NCBI GenBank assembly: GCA_965223905.1
Contig: CBDCXV010000001.1
Coordinates: forward strand, 608,001-672,000
Source of the DNA: Candidatus Latescibacterota bacterium
GTDB taxonomy: Bacteria > Latescibacterota > UBA2968 > UBA8231
Reading direction: 5' to 3'
DNA: 64,000 bases
The translations under genes were made by a program, and so were the position numbers. The notes beneath the pieces are model-generated. The model searched no databases. It saw nothing but the letters and a program-made list of their open reading frames with translations, and was not told where the DNA came from. Of the stretch, positions 8,249-18,617 are shown in pieces. Position 1 is the first letter of the stretch, and the number at the start of each line of letters is the position of its first letter.

Positions 8249-10854
8249 CCATGCGCGATCGGCGGATTCGAAAGTTCAATCCGGGGACGTTCCAATCCGA
8301 CGAGGAGGTGAAAGAGCAGTTCGTGGTCAGGGAACGCGAACTCGACACTGTGCTCGAGGTCCTCGGGGGGAACATCGATTCACCATCGTGCCAGCACGTT
8401 CTGGTCGTCGCCCCTCGCGGGCGGGGAAAGACCATGCTGCTGGCTCGGGTTGCGGCGCAGGTGAATACCGACGACCACCTCTCCGAGAGTCTTTTGCCGG
8501 TCCGGTTCATGGAGGAGAGCCACGAGATATTCAATCTCGCCGATTTCTGGCTGGACACCTTGCTCTACCTTGCGCGTGAGAGCGCCAGGCACGATCTCGT
8601 GCTCGCTGAGGAGTTGCGACAAACGCACGACGACCTGGCCAATCGCTGGCACGAGGAAGCACTCGCGGACCGCGTCCATGCCGCCGTCATGGAGGCGGCG
8701 GACCGGCTGGGAAAGAAACTCGTCCTCATGGTTGAGAACCTGCAGGCGCTGTGCGGAAACGTGGACAAAGATTTCGGTTGGAAGCTGCGCGCGGTGCTGC
8801 AATCGGAACCCCAGATCATGCTGGTCGCCACCGCCACGAGCCGTTTCGAAGGTCTGGACGACGCGGAGCAGCCGTTCTTCGAGCTGTTCCGCATCGTTGC
8901 GCTGGAACCGCTGGCCACGGAAGAATGCCGTCGTCTGTGGCAGGTCGTCAGCGGCGACGAGGTGACCGTGCGCGAAATCCGGCCGCTCGAGATCCTGACC
9001 GGTGGCAGCCCCCGCCTCCTGGTCATCGTCGCCGGGTTCGCGCAGCACCGCTCCTTGCGCCAGTTGATGGAAGAACTGGTGGAGTTGATTGACGAGCACA
9101 CCGAGTACTTCCGTGGTCACCTCGAGGTACTGGCCAAAGGGGAACGCCGCGTGTATATCGCGGTGATCGACCTCTGGCGACCGTCGAGCACGGGAGAGAT
9201 CGCGGCGCGGGCGCGCATGGACGTCCGAACCGTATCGACCCTGCTCGGGCGGCTCGTCATACGGGGTGCGGTCATCGCTGAGGGGAGCGGAAAGAAGCGC
9301 TTGTACTCAGCAGCCGAACGCCTCTACAGCATCTACTACAAGCTGCGGCGCGAGCGCGACGAGGCGGCCGTCGTTGCAAACCTGATCCACTTCATGGTGG
9401 CGTTCTACGGGATCGGCGAATTGCACCAGATGTCCCGCAAGCTGACTTCGGAGGCGGCGGATTCTAAGGTCATTCGGGAAGGGATCGAGCGGGCCCTCGC
9501 CATGAAGTCCGGCATGGAGGACATGTCTTCACACATGGCGTGGTCGGCCATCGATAGGATATCAGACAATGCGGCGGCAAACGCCCGGGCAATTGCGGAA
9601 CTACATCTCCAAGAAGAAATCAATGCGGCGATCGAGGAGGAAACGTTCAGTAGAGTCATCGAAATAGCTGACCGGTTTTTTGCCTCTGGAGACGTAGATT
9701 CATCTCCAATGCCAGATCATCTCATCTCCTACATATTGCATATGAAGGCCGTTGCTTATGAGCGCTTGGAAGATTTCCAAGCGGTCATAGCGCTCTGCAA
9801 GGAGATGGTGGAGCGCATCGGGGACACCCGCGACATATCGCTCTTGGCGCGGATGGCCACGGTATTGGTCCACGAGGCAAGAGCGCGATGTGAACTTGGC
9901 GATTTCCAAGCGGGGATTGCGACTAGCGACGAGGTGGTCGAGCGCTTTGGCTACTATGATAGGCCGCCGTTCAGGCAGTTGGTCGCCTTCGCTTTGCTAA
10001 ACAAGGGGTCTGCCTGGGGAAAGCTCGGCAATTTCGAGGCAGAGACCGCGACCTACGACCAGGTAGTCGAGCGCTTTGGCGACAACGGACAGCTGGGGAT
10101 CCGGGAGTGGGTCGCAACGGCATTGATCGACAAGGGAATTGCTCGAAGACATCTTCATGATTCTGGTGGGGAAATTGCGGCCTATAACGAAGTGATCAAA
10201 CGCTTCGGGGATTGCGATGCACCCAAAATCCAGAAGCGGGTTGTTTTGGCGTTACTCAACAGGGGATTTTTGCAGGGGCATCTTGGCGATTTTGGTGGGG
10301 AAATTGCAACCTACGAGGCAGTGGAACGCTTTGGCGAGAGAGATGGGCTAGAGATACAGACGGAGGTAGCCGTCGCCTTGAGCTGCAAGGGTATGCGACA
10401 GGCCGAGACTGGTCGTGCAGTAGAGGCATTGCAAGCCTCCGAAAAACTCGAACGAAGACTCGGAACCTTTCCTGCAGGAGACGGGAAAACTTGGCTAGAA
10501 TGGCGTGTATTGTGTGTGCGGGCGCTGGCACGGATGGTCCAAAAAAAACATCGTCCCGCCATGGACGCGTTCCGCGCCGCGTACGCAGCGTTCCGAACCA
10601 ACAACGAACAAATCATGCACGAGATGCAAAGGATTGTGCCTGACCTAATCGCAAACGGTGCCTCGGCGCATGACCTTGTCGAGATCCTGTCGAGCGACAG
10701 GAACAAATCCGGCGCATTGGTTCCCCTGGTCGTTGCCCTGCGGCAGCATAACGGTGAAGCGGTTCGCGCGCCAGCGGAAGTGCTGGAGGTCGCCGCGGAT
10801 ATCCGCAAGCGCATCGGGGTAAAAGCGGCTAAAGCTGTTTCCGTGGCACACTGA
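8245..10854 (+). CDS. STAND-like ATPase - winged HTH - TPR-like repeat protein
   Basis: Walker A APRGRGKT, variant Walker B VLMVEN, GGSPR, HTH SSTGEIAARARMDVRTVSTLLGRL, about six 43-aa repeats (VVERFG...ALxNKG); ATGA overlap with the upstream ATPase. Confidence 0.88.
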   Translation: MTMRDRRIRKFNPGTFQSDEEVKEQFVVRERELDTVLEVLGGNIDSPSCQHVLVVAPRGRGKTMLLARVAAQVNTDDHLSESLLPVRFMEESHEIFNLADFWLDTLLYLARESARHDLVLAEELRQTHDDLANRWHEEALADRVHAAVMEAADRLGKKLVLMVENLQALCGNVDKDFGWKLRAVLQSEPQIMLVATATSRFEGLDDAEQPFFELFRIVALEPLATEECRRLWQVVSGDEVTVREIRPLEILTGGSPRLLVIVAGFAQHRSLRQLMEELVELIDEHTEYFRGHLEVLAKGERRVYIAVIDLWRPSSTGEIAARARMDVRTVSTLLGRLVIRGAVIAEGSGKKRLYSAAERLYSIYYKLRRERDEAAVVANLIHFMVAFYGIGELHQMSRKLTSEAADSKVIREGIERALAMKSGMEDMSSHMAWSAIDRISDNAAANARAIAELHLQEEINAAIEEETFSRVIEIADRFFASGDVDSSPMPDHLISYILHMKAVAYERLEDFQAVIALCKEMVERIGDTRDISLLARMATVLVHEARARCELGDFQAGIATSDEVVERFGYYDRPPFRQLVAFALLNKGSAWGKLGNFEAETATYDQVVERFGDNGQLGIREWVATALIDKGIARRHLHDSGGEIAAYNEVIKRFGDCDAPKIQKRVVLALLNRGFLQGHLGDFGGEIATYEAVERFGERDGLEIQTEVAVALSCKGMRQAETGRAVEALQASEKLERRLGTFPAGDGKTWLEWRVLCVRALARMVQKKHRPAMDAFRAAYAAFRTNNEQIMHEMQRIVPDLIANGASAHDLVEILSSDRNKSGALVPLVVALRQHNGEAVRAPAEVLEVAADIRKRIGVKAAKAVSVAH

Positions 10855-10949
10855 CCTGCGATTTCACAGTGGTCGTGACTGGCCGGTGTCCCGTCGCCTA
10901 GTTCGATCTGCTGTCCCTCCCGGGGGACGAGCACTCCTTTCGTGACAAC

Positions 10950-12764
10950 TCAATCCAGTCGCCTGAAACCCCCGTACCCGAACCGGTCCTCCTCTCCCTC
11001 GACGCCCCCCTCCGGGAAGTACTCGTCCCAGCGGGAGGTCACCCGCCGCGTGATCTCCTCGTCGGCCACCAGCTCGTCCGGGAAACCGGGCTTAAGGCGG
11101 CAGTCGAAGACCACGGGAGCCGTGAAGCAGGGGTGGTGCCGGTGCAGGCGGACCTGCGCGGCGCAGATGTCGGCGGCCGGCTCGAAGCGGGTGAACGCCG
11201 TCCACAGGAAGCGGACGTTGCTTTCGACGATCCCGGCGTCGTCGGCGAGGAATATCAGCGGCCATTCCGAAACCGCAGGATCGGCTGCCAGCCTTTGCCC
11301 GTAGTCCGGGTCGGCGGCGTACCCGGGACCGGCGACCACCAGGCATCCGGCGCAGTAGGGCCGGGCGTCGGCGGCCCCGGCCGGCAGCGGTCCGGCGAAC
11401 TCCGCCGGCAGGGTGCGATGCGGCTCTCCGACGCCCAGCAGGATCCCCTTGCTGCCTTCGTTCACGGCCGGGCCCGAGTAGTCGAGGGTGTCCATGGCGA
11501 GGTTGGCGATTACGAACAGATCGGTCTCGAAGCGGGCGCGCGCCAGCACGTGCTCCAGCACCTGGCGGAAGTCCCCCAACTCGACCCCGGCGCCGTCGAG
11601 CACGACCAGGAACTTGGTCAGCGCCAGCTGCCCCCCGTCCTCGCCGAAGATGCGGAAGGCGAACTTCATGGCCTCGCGGGGATAGCGCTCCTCGACGAAG
11701 ATGCTCGACAGGCAGTGGTACCCGGTCTCCCCGTAGCTCCAGATCCCCTTGATCGCCGGCATGACCAGGCTGGTCAGCGGCTCCATCAGCCTCTGGATGT
11801 AGTTGCCGAGGTAGAGGTCCTCCTGCGGCGGCTTGCCGACGACGGTGGCGGGGAAGACGGCGCCGCGCCGGTGGTAGACGTTCCTGACCTCGAGGACAGG
11901 GTAGTCGTGGCGCAGCGAGTAATACCCGTAGTGGTCGCCGAACGGCCCCTCGGGCAGGCGCCGGTGCGGCGGCACGGTGCCGGTGATGGCGAACTCCGCC
12001 TCGGCGAGCAGGGGCAGCGGACCTTTGGGGTCGCGCACCCGCTGGAGCTTGCTCCCCTGCAGAAGGGAGGCGAGCACCAGCTCCGGCATCCCCTCGGGCA
12101 GCGGCGCGATGGCGGCCAGGATCAGGGCCGGCGGCCCGCCGACGAAGATCGCCAGCGGCAGGGCCTCGCCGCGCTGCTCGGCGACGTGGTAGTGGAACCC
12201 GCCCCCCTTCTGGATCTGCCAGTGCACGCCGAGGGTGTGAGGATCGTGCCGCTGGATGCGGTATATGCCGAGGTTGTGCTGGCCGCTGTCCGGGTGCTCG
12301 GTGTAGACGAGCGGCAGGGTGATGAAGTGGCCGCCGTCCTCGGGCCAGGTCTTGATCAGCGGCAGGCGCCGCAGGTCGGGGGCGGCCTGGCGGCACTCGA
12401 GAACCGGACCGCTGCGTACGGTGCGCAGCCCCAGGCGCATCCCTTCCCGCGCCAGCCCGCGGTGGCCCCAGAGCCTGCGCGGCGACAGCGAGGCGAGCTG
12501 GTGGGCCACCTCGACCAGCTCTTTCAGAAAGCGCTCCGGCCGCGGCCCGAACGCCAGGTCGACCCGGCGGGACGTGCCGAAAAGGTTGGTGACCGCGGGG
12601 AAGTCCGCCCCTTCGACGCGCTCGAACAGCAGCGCCGGTCCGCCCGCGGCGATGACGCGGCGGTGGATCTCGGCCAGCTCGAGATCGGAGTCGACCGGGG
12701 CTTTGACCCGCGCCAGCTCCCCCTCTTTTTCAAGCAGTTGGAGGAAGGATCGAAGATTGTTCAC
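10950..12764 (-). CDS. UbiD family (prFMN-dependent) decarboxylase, menaquinone/futalosine-pathway type
   Basis: GPALLFE, NLGIYRIQ, EGPFGDHYGYY, TVVGKPPQED, DTLDYSG; GTG start after AAAGGA. Confidence 0.9.
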   Translation of the reverse strand: MNNLRSFLQLLEKEGELARVKAPVDSDLELAEIHRRVIAAGGPALLFERVEGADFPAVTNLFGTSRRVDLAFGPRPERFLKELVEVAHQLASLSPRRLWGHRGLAREGMRLGLRTVRSGPVLECRQAAPDLRRLPLIKTWPEDGGHFITLPLVYTEHPDSGQHNLGIYRIQRHDPHTLGVHWQIQKGGGFHYHVAEQRGEALPLAIFVGGPPALILAAIAPLPEGMPELVLASLLQGSKLQRVRDPKGPLPLLAEAEFAITGTVPPHRRLPEGPFGDHYGYYSLRHDYPVLEVRNVYHRRGAVFPATVVGKPPQEDLYLGNYIQRLMEPLTSLVMPAIKGIWSYGETGYHCLSSIFVEERYPREAMKFAFRIFGEDGGQLALTKFLVVLDGAGVELGDFRQVLEHVLARARFETDLFVIANLAMDTLDYSGPAVNEGSKGILLGVGEPHRTLPAEFAGPLPAGAADARPYCAGCLVVAGPGYAADPDYGQRLAADPAVSEWPLIFLADDAGIVESNVRFLWTAFTRFEPAADICAAQVRLHRHHPCFTAPVVFDCRLKPGFPDELVADEEITRRVTSRWDEYFPEGGVEGEEDRFGYGGFRRLD

Positions 12765-13295
12765 GAGCGGCGTCCTTTCGGTGCAACAGTAGGCAAATCC
12801 TCCCTGGCAGCAACGGCTGGCGGGCGCTTCGGGAGTGATTGGCCCGGAACCGGGGCGGATAGAATTCAGTATCGCTGAAGGACTATCGCAGTCTTTTCTG
12901 TGCCCCCGGGGAGAATCCGGGAACGGGCCCGCCTGGAGCTGCCACCGAGGGGACATGGAGTGGTGGCATCGTGTGATATACATCTTTCGCCCCGCAACTC
13001 GACACGATGAGAGAAGAATAGTGCAAGCTGCAAGAGGTTTGCCTGGCCGCAGAAAAACATGCAAGGAGGTTTCTGGATGACAGTGGGGATACCGTGGTCG
13101 AACAGGGTGGGAACCGGTGCGGAAACCCGTTTCGCGCCTTGATGAGTCCCCGCCGGTATCCTACCATCGATAGTTCCCGACCGCCCTGATCCGGGGCCTT
13201 CGACTCCCTCACTTCCGCTCACCATTGAACTCCGGCAGCATGTCTCCCTTCCGCACCGCTGCGTTCACCCTGCCCGCTTCGCGGCTCCTGCAGGA

Positions 13296-14534
13296 ATGTC
13301 CCTCAAGCTGATCCGGCAGGCCCTGAACCGGGGCCGGCCGGCGGGGCGCATGTGGCGGTCCCGCGACCTCGAGCGCCGCTACGACGTCGTCATCATCGGC
13401 GGCGGCGCCCACGGTCTGGCCTGCGCCTACTACCTGGCGAAGGAGCACGGGATCACCGACGTCGCGGTGCTGGAGAAGAGCTACATCGGCTCCGGGGGCA
13501 GCGGCCGCAACACCGCCATCATCCGCTCGAACTACCTGACCTCGGAAGGGGTGCGCTTCTACGACCGAAGTGTGAAGCTGTACGAGAAGCTGTCGGTCGA
13601 GCTCGATTTCAACGTGATGTTCTCGCAGCGCGGCCACCTCACCCTCGCCCACAACGACGGCTCGGTGCGGACGATGCGGCGGCGTGCCGAGGTCAACCGC
13701 CTCGAAGGGGTCGACTCCCGTCTCGTCTGGCCGGACGAGCTCGCCAGGCTCTGTCCTCAACTCGACCTGAGCAGCCACCCGCGCTTCCCGATTGTCGCCG
13801 CCCTCTACCACCCGCCGGGGGGCATCATCCGCCACGACGCCGTGGTCTGGGGGTTCGCCCACCACGCCGACAGGCGCGGCGTGCACATCCACCAGCAGAC
13901 CGAGGCGACCGGCATCGAGGTGCGCGGCGGAGCCGTCGCCGGAGTGCACACCAACCGCGGTTTCATCGAGGCGGAAACGGTGCTCAACGCGACCGCGGGC
14001 TGGGGCTCCAACATCGCCCGCATGGTCGGGCTCGAGCTGCCGATGGAGACCTTCCCCCTGCAGGCCTGCGTGACCGAGCCGCTGAAGCCGTTTCTCGACG
14101 TAGTCGTCGTCTCCGGCAGCCTGCACGTGTACGTCAGCCAGTCCGACCGCGGCGAGCTGGTGATGGGAGCCAGCATCGACCCGTTCACCTCCTACTCCGT
14201 CGACTCCTCCCTCGATTTCCTCGAGGGGATCGCCGGCCACGTGCTGGAGCTGTTCCCGTTCCTCGGCGACGTCAAGATCCTGCGCCAGTGGGCGGGGCTG
14301 TGCGAGATGCCGCCCGATTTCAGCCCCCTGATGGGGATCACCCCGGTCGGCGGCTTCCTCCTCGACGTCGGCTGGGGGACCTACGGTTTCAAGGCTTCCC
14401 CGATCTGCGGCAGGACCCTGGCCGAGCTGATCGCGACGAAGCGCACCCCCGAGCTGATCGCCCCGTTCCGGCTGTCCCGCTTCGCCGAGTTCGACCAGGT
14501 CGGCGAGAAAGGGGCGGCCGCGGTCGGCCATTGA
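13296..14534 (+). CDS. soxB: Heterotetrameric sarcosine oxidase / N-methylglutamate dehydrogenase beta subunit
   Basis: DVVIIGGGAHG, GRNTAIIRSNY, RHDAVVWG, GWGTYGFKA, EKGAAAVGH C-terminus. Confidence 0.92.
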   Translation: MSLKLIRQALNRGRPAGRMWRSRDLERRYDVVIIGGGAHGLACAYYLAKEHGITDVAVLEKSYIGSGGSGRNTAIIRSNYLTSEGVRFYDRSVKLYEKLSVELDFNVMFSQRGHLTLAHNDGSVRTMRRRAEVNRLEGVDSRLVWPDELARLCPQLDLSSHPRFPIVAALYHPPGGIIRHDAVVWGFAHHADRRGVHIHQQTEATGIEVRGGAVAGVHTNRGFIEAETVLNATAGWGSNIARMVGLELPMETFPLQACVTEPLKPFLDVVVVSGSLHVYVSQSDRGELVMGASIDPFTSYSVDSSLDFLEGIAGHVLELFPFLGDVKILRQWAGLCEMPPDFSPLMGITPVGGFLLDVGWGTYGFKASPICGRTLAELIATKRTPELIAPFRLSRFAEFDQVGEKGAAAVGH

Positions 14535-14538
14535 CGCG

Positions 14539-14814
14539 ATGCTGCTGATCCCCTGTCCCAACTGCGGCGAGCGCAACGCCAGCGAGTTCCGCTACGGCGG
14601 CGAGAGCCGCCAGCGCCCCTCCCGGCCCGAGGAGACCCCGGAGGACGAGTGGATCCGCTATCTCTACCTGCGCGCCAACCCGATGGGCCCGCAGACCGAG
14701 TGGTGGCTGCACGCCTCCGGGTGCGGCCTGTGGTTCCTCCTCGAGCGCAACCGCGAGAGCAACGAGGTGATCCGCGCCTGGGAATGGCAGCCTTCGGAGG
14801 GTGAGGATGGCTGA
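14539..14814 (+). CDS. soxD: Sarcosine oxidase delta subunit
   Basis: MLLIPCPNCGERNASEFRYGG...EWWLHASGC zinc-binding motif. Confidence 0.92.
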   Translation: MLLIPCPNCGERNASEFRYGGESRQRPSRPEETPEDEWIRYLYLRANPMGPQTEWWLHASGCGLWFLLERNRESNEVIRAWEWQPSEGEDG

Positions 14815-17809
14815 TCGCCTGCCGCCCGGAGGCTGGCCCCTGCGGCATCCGGAAGCGCGCCCCGGCGAGGTCATCGACCGCTCCGGGCAGATCGAGTTCA
14901 CCTTCGACGGGGTGAAGTACCATGCCCATCCAGGGGACACCATCGGCTCGGCGCTGGCCGCGGCTGCGGTGAAGACGCTCAGCCGCTCGTTCAAGTACCA
15001 CCGCCCACGCGGCCTGCTCTGCTGCGCCGGCCACTGTCCGAACTGTCTGGTGCAGATCGCCGGCGAGCCGAACGTGCGCGCCTGCCGGCGGCCGGTCGAG
15101 GCGGGAATGGAGGTGCGCTCCCAGAACGCCTGGCCCTCGCTGGACCGCGATCTCATGTCCCTCGCCGCGCTCGGGGCGCCGTTCATGCCGGCGGGGTTCT
15201 ACTACAAGACCTTCATCAGGCCGGCGTGGATGTGGCCGCTCTACGAGCGGCTGCTGCGCAACGCCGCCGGGCTCGGTACCGTGGACACGGAGGCGGAGCC
15301 CGGAGAGAGCGACAAGCAGTACCTCCACGCCGACGTCGCCGTGGTCGGCGCCGGACCCGCGGGAATCGCCGCGGCTGCGGCCGCCGCGGCGGAGGGGGCG
15401 CGGGTGTTGCTGTTCGACGAGAACCCCGAAGCGGGCGGACACCTGCGCTACCGAAGCGGGGGGGTGCCCGGCGCCGGTGCGGTGCGGACCGCGCTCGCGG
15501 AGCTCGAGCGCGCCGAAAATGCCGCCCTCCACCTCGACACCGCGGTCGTCGGATGGTACCAGGACAACTGGCTGGCGGCGGTCCGGGGAAACCGCCTGCT
15601 GAAGATCCGCTCCCGCGCCATCGTCGCCGCCGCCGGCGCTGTGGAATCCTCCCCGGTTTTTGCCAACAACGATCTGCCGGGCATCCTGCTGGCCGGCGCT
15701 GCGCAGCGGCTGCTGCATCTGCACGGGGTGCTTCCCGGCAGGCGGACCGTCGTCGAGGCGGGCGGCGACGAGGGCTGGCGGCTGGCCGCGGAGCTGCGCG
15801 AGGCCGGCGTCGAGATCGCCGCCCTCGTCGATGAGAGGGAGGCCGTGGCTAACGAGTTCGAGCCGGCCCTGCGCGAAGCGGGGGTCGCCGTTCACCTCGG
15901 CAGCCGGATCGCCGGGGCGCGCGGCCGCGGATCGGTGCAGGCCGCCCTGGTCGGGCCGGCGGCCGCGGGATCGGAGGCCGGGGGGGTTGAAGCAGTCGCC
16001 ACAGGGACAGTCGAAGCAGCCGATCCGGTCGCCGTCGGAGCTGCCCAAAGGGCCGCCGACGGGGCCGCCCCGACGATCGCGGTGCCCTGCGATTCCCTCG
16101 TCGTCAGGGGACGCTTCGCCCCGGCCAACGAGCTGCTGTTCATGGCCGGGGCCCGCGGCCGCTTCGACGACGAGGCGGGGGAGTTTCGCCTCGGAGAGCT
16201 GCCTGCCGGCCTCTTCAACGCCGGCCGCTGCCGCGGGGTCGGGGGCGCCAAAGCCCAGGCCGCGGACGGGGCTGCCGCGGGACGGGCGGCCGCGGCCTTC
16301 GCGCGCTCTCCTGAGGGCGCCGGCTCGTCGCCCTGGCAGGGGTCGGCAACGCCGCCCCCTGCAGCTCCCGGAAAGACTCCGGCCCCGCTTCCGCCCTGCG
16401 CCGGCAAGCGCTTCGTCTGCCTGTGCGAGGACGTCACCGACGAGGACGTCGCCACCGCCATCGCCGAGGGGTACGACAGCGTCGAGCTGCTGAAGCGCTA
16501 CACCACCGTGTCGATGGGCCCCTGCCAGGGGAAGATGTGCGCCCTCAACAGCCTCGAGCAGGCCGGCCGGGAGCTCGGCCGCGCCGTCGGCGACCTCGGC
16601 AGGACGACCTCCCGGCCGCCGGTGGTCCCGGTGTCCCTCGGCGCCCTCGCCGGGCAGCGGATGGAGCCGGTGCAGGTGTCGCCGCTGCACGAGTGGCATC
16701 TCGACAACGGCGCCCGGATGATGGTCGCCGGGCTGTGGCTGCGTCCCGAACAGTACGGAGACCCGGCCGAGGAAGTGCGCGCCGTGCGGGAGCGCGCCGG
16801 CCTGATCGACGTCAGCCCCCTCGGCAAGCTGCAGCTCTCCGGCCCCGGCGTCCCCGGGCTGCTCGACCGGCTCTACGTCAACCAGTGGCGGGACCTGCGC
16901 CGCGGGCGGGTGCGCTACGGCATCATGTGCAACGACGAGGGGGTCGTCATCGACGACGGGGTCTGCGCCCGCCTCTCCGACGAGGAGTGGTACATGAGCA
17001 CGACCTCGGCCGGGGCCGGAAACGTGCTGGAGTGGATCGAGTGGTGGCGCCAGTCCGGGTGGGGAGATGGGGTGCAGGTCGCCGACTTGACCGAAACCAA
17101 CGCCGCCTTCAATCTTGCCGGTCCGCGCTCGCGGGAGCTGCTTTCCCGGCTGACCGAACGCGACCTCCGCAACGACAGATTTCCCTACATGCGGGCGCGC
17201 CGCGCCGAGGTCGCCGGGGTGCCCTGCCTGCTGTTGCGCATCGGCTTCACCGGGGAGCTGTCGTACGAGATTCACTGTCCGGCAGGGTTCGCGCGCTACC
17301 TGTGGGAACGGCTCCTGGAAGAAGGGAAGGAGCTCGGCATCCGGCCCTTCGGCGTCGAGGCCCAGCGCGTCCTGCGCCTCGAAAAGGGACACCTCATCGT
17401 CGGCCAGGACACCGACGCGCTGTCGGACCCGATCGCCGCGGACGCCGGCTGGGCGGTCAAGCTGGAGAAGCCGGATTTCCTCGGGAAGCGGGCCCTGGCG
17501 CGGGTCGCCGCCGAGGGACCGCGGCAGCGGCTCACCGGCTTGGTGATGAAGGAGCGCAACCCCGTGCCGGAAGAAGGGATGCAGATCGTCGAGAGCAACG
17601 GCCGCGGCAGGCCGGAGATCATCGGCTGGGTGACCTCCTGCCGCGTCAGCCCCACCCTCGGGGACACCATCGGCCTCTGCTGGCTGCCGGCCGCGGTCGC
17701 CGCCCGCGAGGGGGAGACGTTCCGCATCGACTGCGGCGGCAGGCTGGCCGAAGCCCGCGTCCACCACGGCCCCTTCTACGACCCGGCCGGCGAGCGTCTG
17801 AGGAGCTGA
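14807..17809 (+). CDS. soxA: Sarcosine oxidase alpha subunit (NAD-binding and GcvT folate-binding domains)
   Basis: SRSFKYHRPRG, PAGFYYKTF, VVGAGPAG, CLCEDVT, KRYTTVSMGPCQG, RIGFTGELSYE, LRLEKG. Confidence 0.92.
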   Translation: MADRLPPGGWPLRHPEARPGEVIDRSGQIEFTFDGVKYHAHPGDTIGSALAAAAVKTLSRSFKYHRPRGLLCCAGHCPNCLVQIAGEPNVRACRRPVEAGMEVRSQNAWPSLDRDLMSLAALGAPFMPAGFYYKTFIRPAWMWPLYERLLRNAAGLGTVDTEAEPGESDKQYLHADVAVVGAGPAGIAAAAAAAAEGARVLLFDENPEAGGHLRYRSGGVPGAGAVRTALAELERAENAALHLDTAVVGWYQDNWLAAVRGNRLLKIRSRAIVAAAGAVESSPVFANNDLPGILLAGAAQRLLHLHGVLPGRRTVVEAGGDEGWRLAAELREAGVEIAALVDEREAVANEFEPALREAGVAVHLGSRIAGARGRGSVQAALVGPAAAGSEAGGVEAVATGTVEAADPVAVGAAQRAADGAAPTIAVPCDSLVVRGRFAPANELLFMAGARGRFDDEAGEFRLGELPAGLFNAGRCRGVGGAKAQAADGAAAGRAAAAFARSPEGAGSSPWQGSATPPPAAPGKTPAPLPPCAGKRFVCLCEDVTDEDVATAIAEGYDSVELLKRYTTVSMGPCQGKMCALNSLEQAGRELGRAVGDLGRTTSRPPVVPVSLGALAGQRMEPVQVSPLHEWHLDNGARMMVAGLWLRPEQYGDPAEEVRAVRERAGLIDVSPLGKLQLSGPGVPGLLDRLYVNQWRDLRRGRVRYGIMCNDEGVVIDDGVCARLSDEEWYMSTTSAGAGNVLEWIEWWRQSGWGDGVQVADLTETNAAFNLAGPRSRELLSRLTERDLRNDRFPYMRARRAEVAGVPCLLLRIGFTGELSYEIHCPAGFARYLWERLLEEGKELGIRPFGVEAQRVLRLEKGHLIVGQDTDALSDPIAADAGWAVKLEKPDFLGKRALARVAAEGPRQRLTGLVMKERNPVPEEGMQIVESNGRGRPEIIGWVTSCRVSPTLGDTIGLCWLPAAVAAREGETFRIDCGGRLAEARVHHGPFYDPAGERLRS

Positions 17810-17811
17810 CC

Positions 17812-18504
17812 ATGGCCGCAACCGCCCTTTCACCCCTGCATTTCCGCCTGCAGTCGCTCGACGCGGTGTTTGCGGACCGCGACGGCTGGCAGGTAGCGGA
17901 GCGCTTCCCGGAAGCCGGACCGGATGCGGCCGCCCGGGGGGTGGCGATCGCCGACGAGTCGGCCAACGGCAAGCTCCAGGTTCAGGGTGAGGACGCCGAA
18001 GGGTTGGTTCGCAGCGCCTTTGCGACCCCGTCCCTCGCGGTTGGGAAAAGCGCCTCCGTCGAGGCCTTGGGGCCGGGCCGCGTCTGCCGCCTGCGCCGCG
18101 ACCTGTTCTTCATCGGCACCGCGCCGTCGGCGGTCTCTGCGTCGCTGGACCGCCTGCGCCTGGAACCGCAGACCGCGCAAAAACCAGGGGCCGCGGTGAC
18201 CGACCTCACCCACGGGCGCAGCGAGCTGCGCCTGGTGGGACCGGCCGCCCCGGAGCTGTTGTCCAAGGTCTGCGGGCTCGACTTCGACCCGCGGCGCTTC
18301 CTCGACGGCGACGCCCGCCAGAGCAGCGTCGCCAAAACGAGGCAGCTGATCGTTCGCGGCGACGTCGGCGGCCTGCCCTCGTACTCCCTGATCGGCGGCA
18401 GGTCCCTCGGTGCCTACCTCTGGGACACGCTGATGCAGGCGGGGGCGGAGTTCGCGATGGCGCCGCTCGGACTGCGGGACTTGCAGGCGCTGAGCCCGCT
18501 TTGA
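17812..18504 (+). CDS. soxG: Sarcosine oxidase gamma subunit
   Basis: GcvT-like VTDLTHG..LRLVGP..ELLSKVCGLDF, RSLGAYLWD; position after soxA. Confidence 0.85.
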   Translation: MAATALSPLHFRLQSLDAVFADRDGWQVAERFPEAGPDAAARGVAIADESANGKLQVQGEDAEGLVRSAFATPSLAVGKSASVEALGPGRVCRLRRDLFFIGTAPSAVSASLDRLRLEPQTAQKPGAAVTDLTHGRSELRLVGPAAPELLSKVCGLDFDPRRFLDGDARQSSVAKTRQLIVRGDVGGLPSYSLIGGRSLGAYLWDTLMQAGAEFAMAPLGLRDLQALSPL

Positions 18505-18617
18505 CCGGCGAGGTCCTGGATGCGGGACAAGGGGGGCCTCGGCGCAAATGGACTGTGCCGCGGGAACCTGGAGACGCACAAGTTGAAATCATCAAAAAAC
18601 AAACATGGGAGATCGTC

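Noticed and set aside
12765-13295. Riboswitch or sigma54 promoter upstream of soxB
   Set aside because: No recognisable glycine, THF or other aptamer core and no correctly spaced GG-N10-GC consensus; a covariance-model search would be needed.
15950-16080. Ala-rich insertion in soxA as an intein or mobile repeat
   Set aside because: No splice-junction residues; looks like a low-complexity loop expansion.
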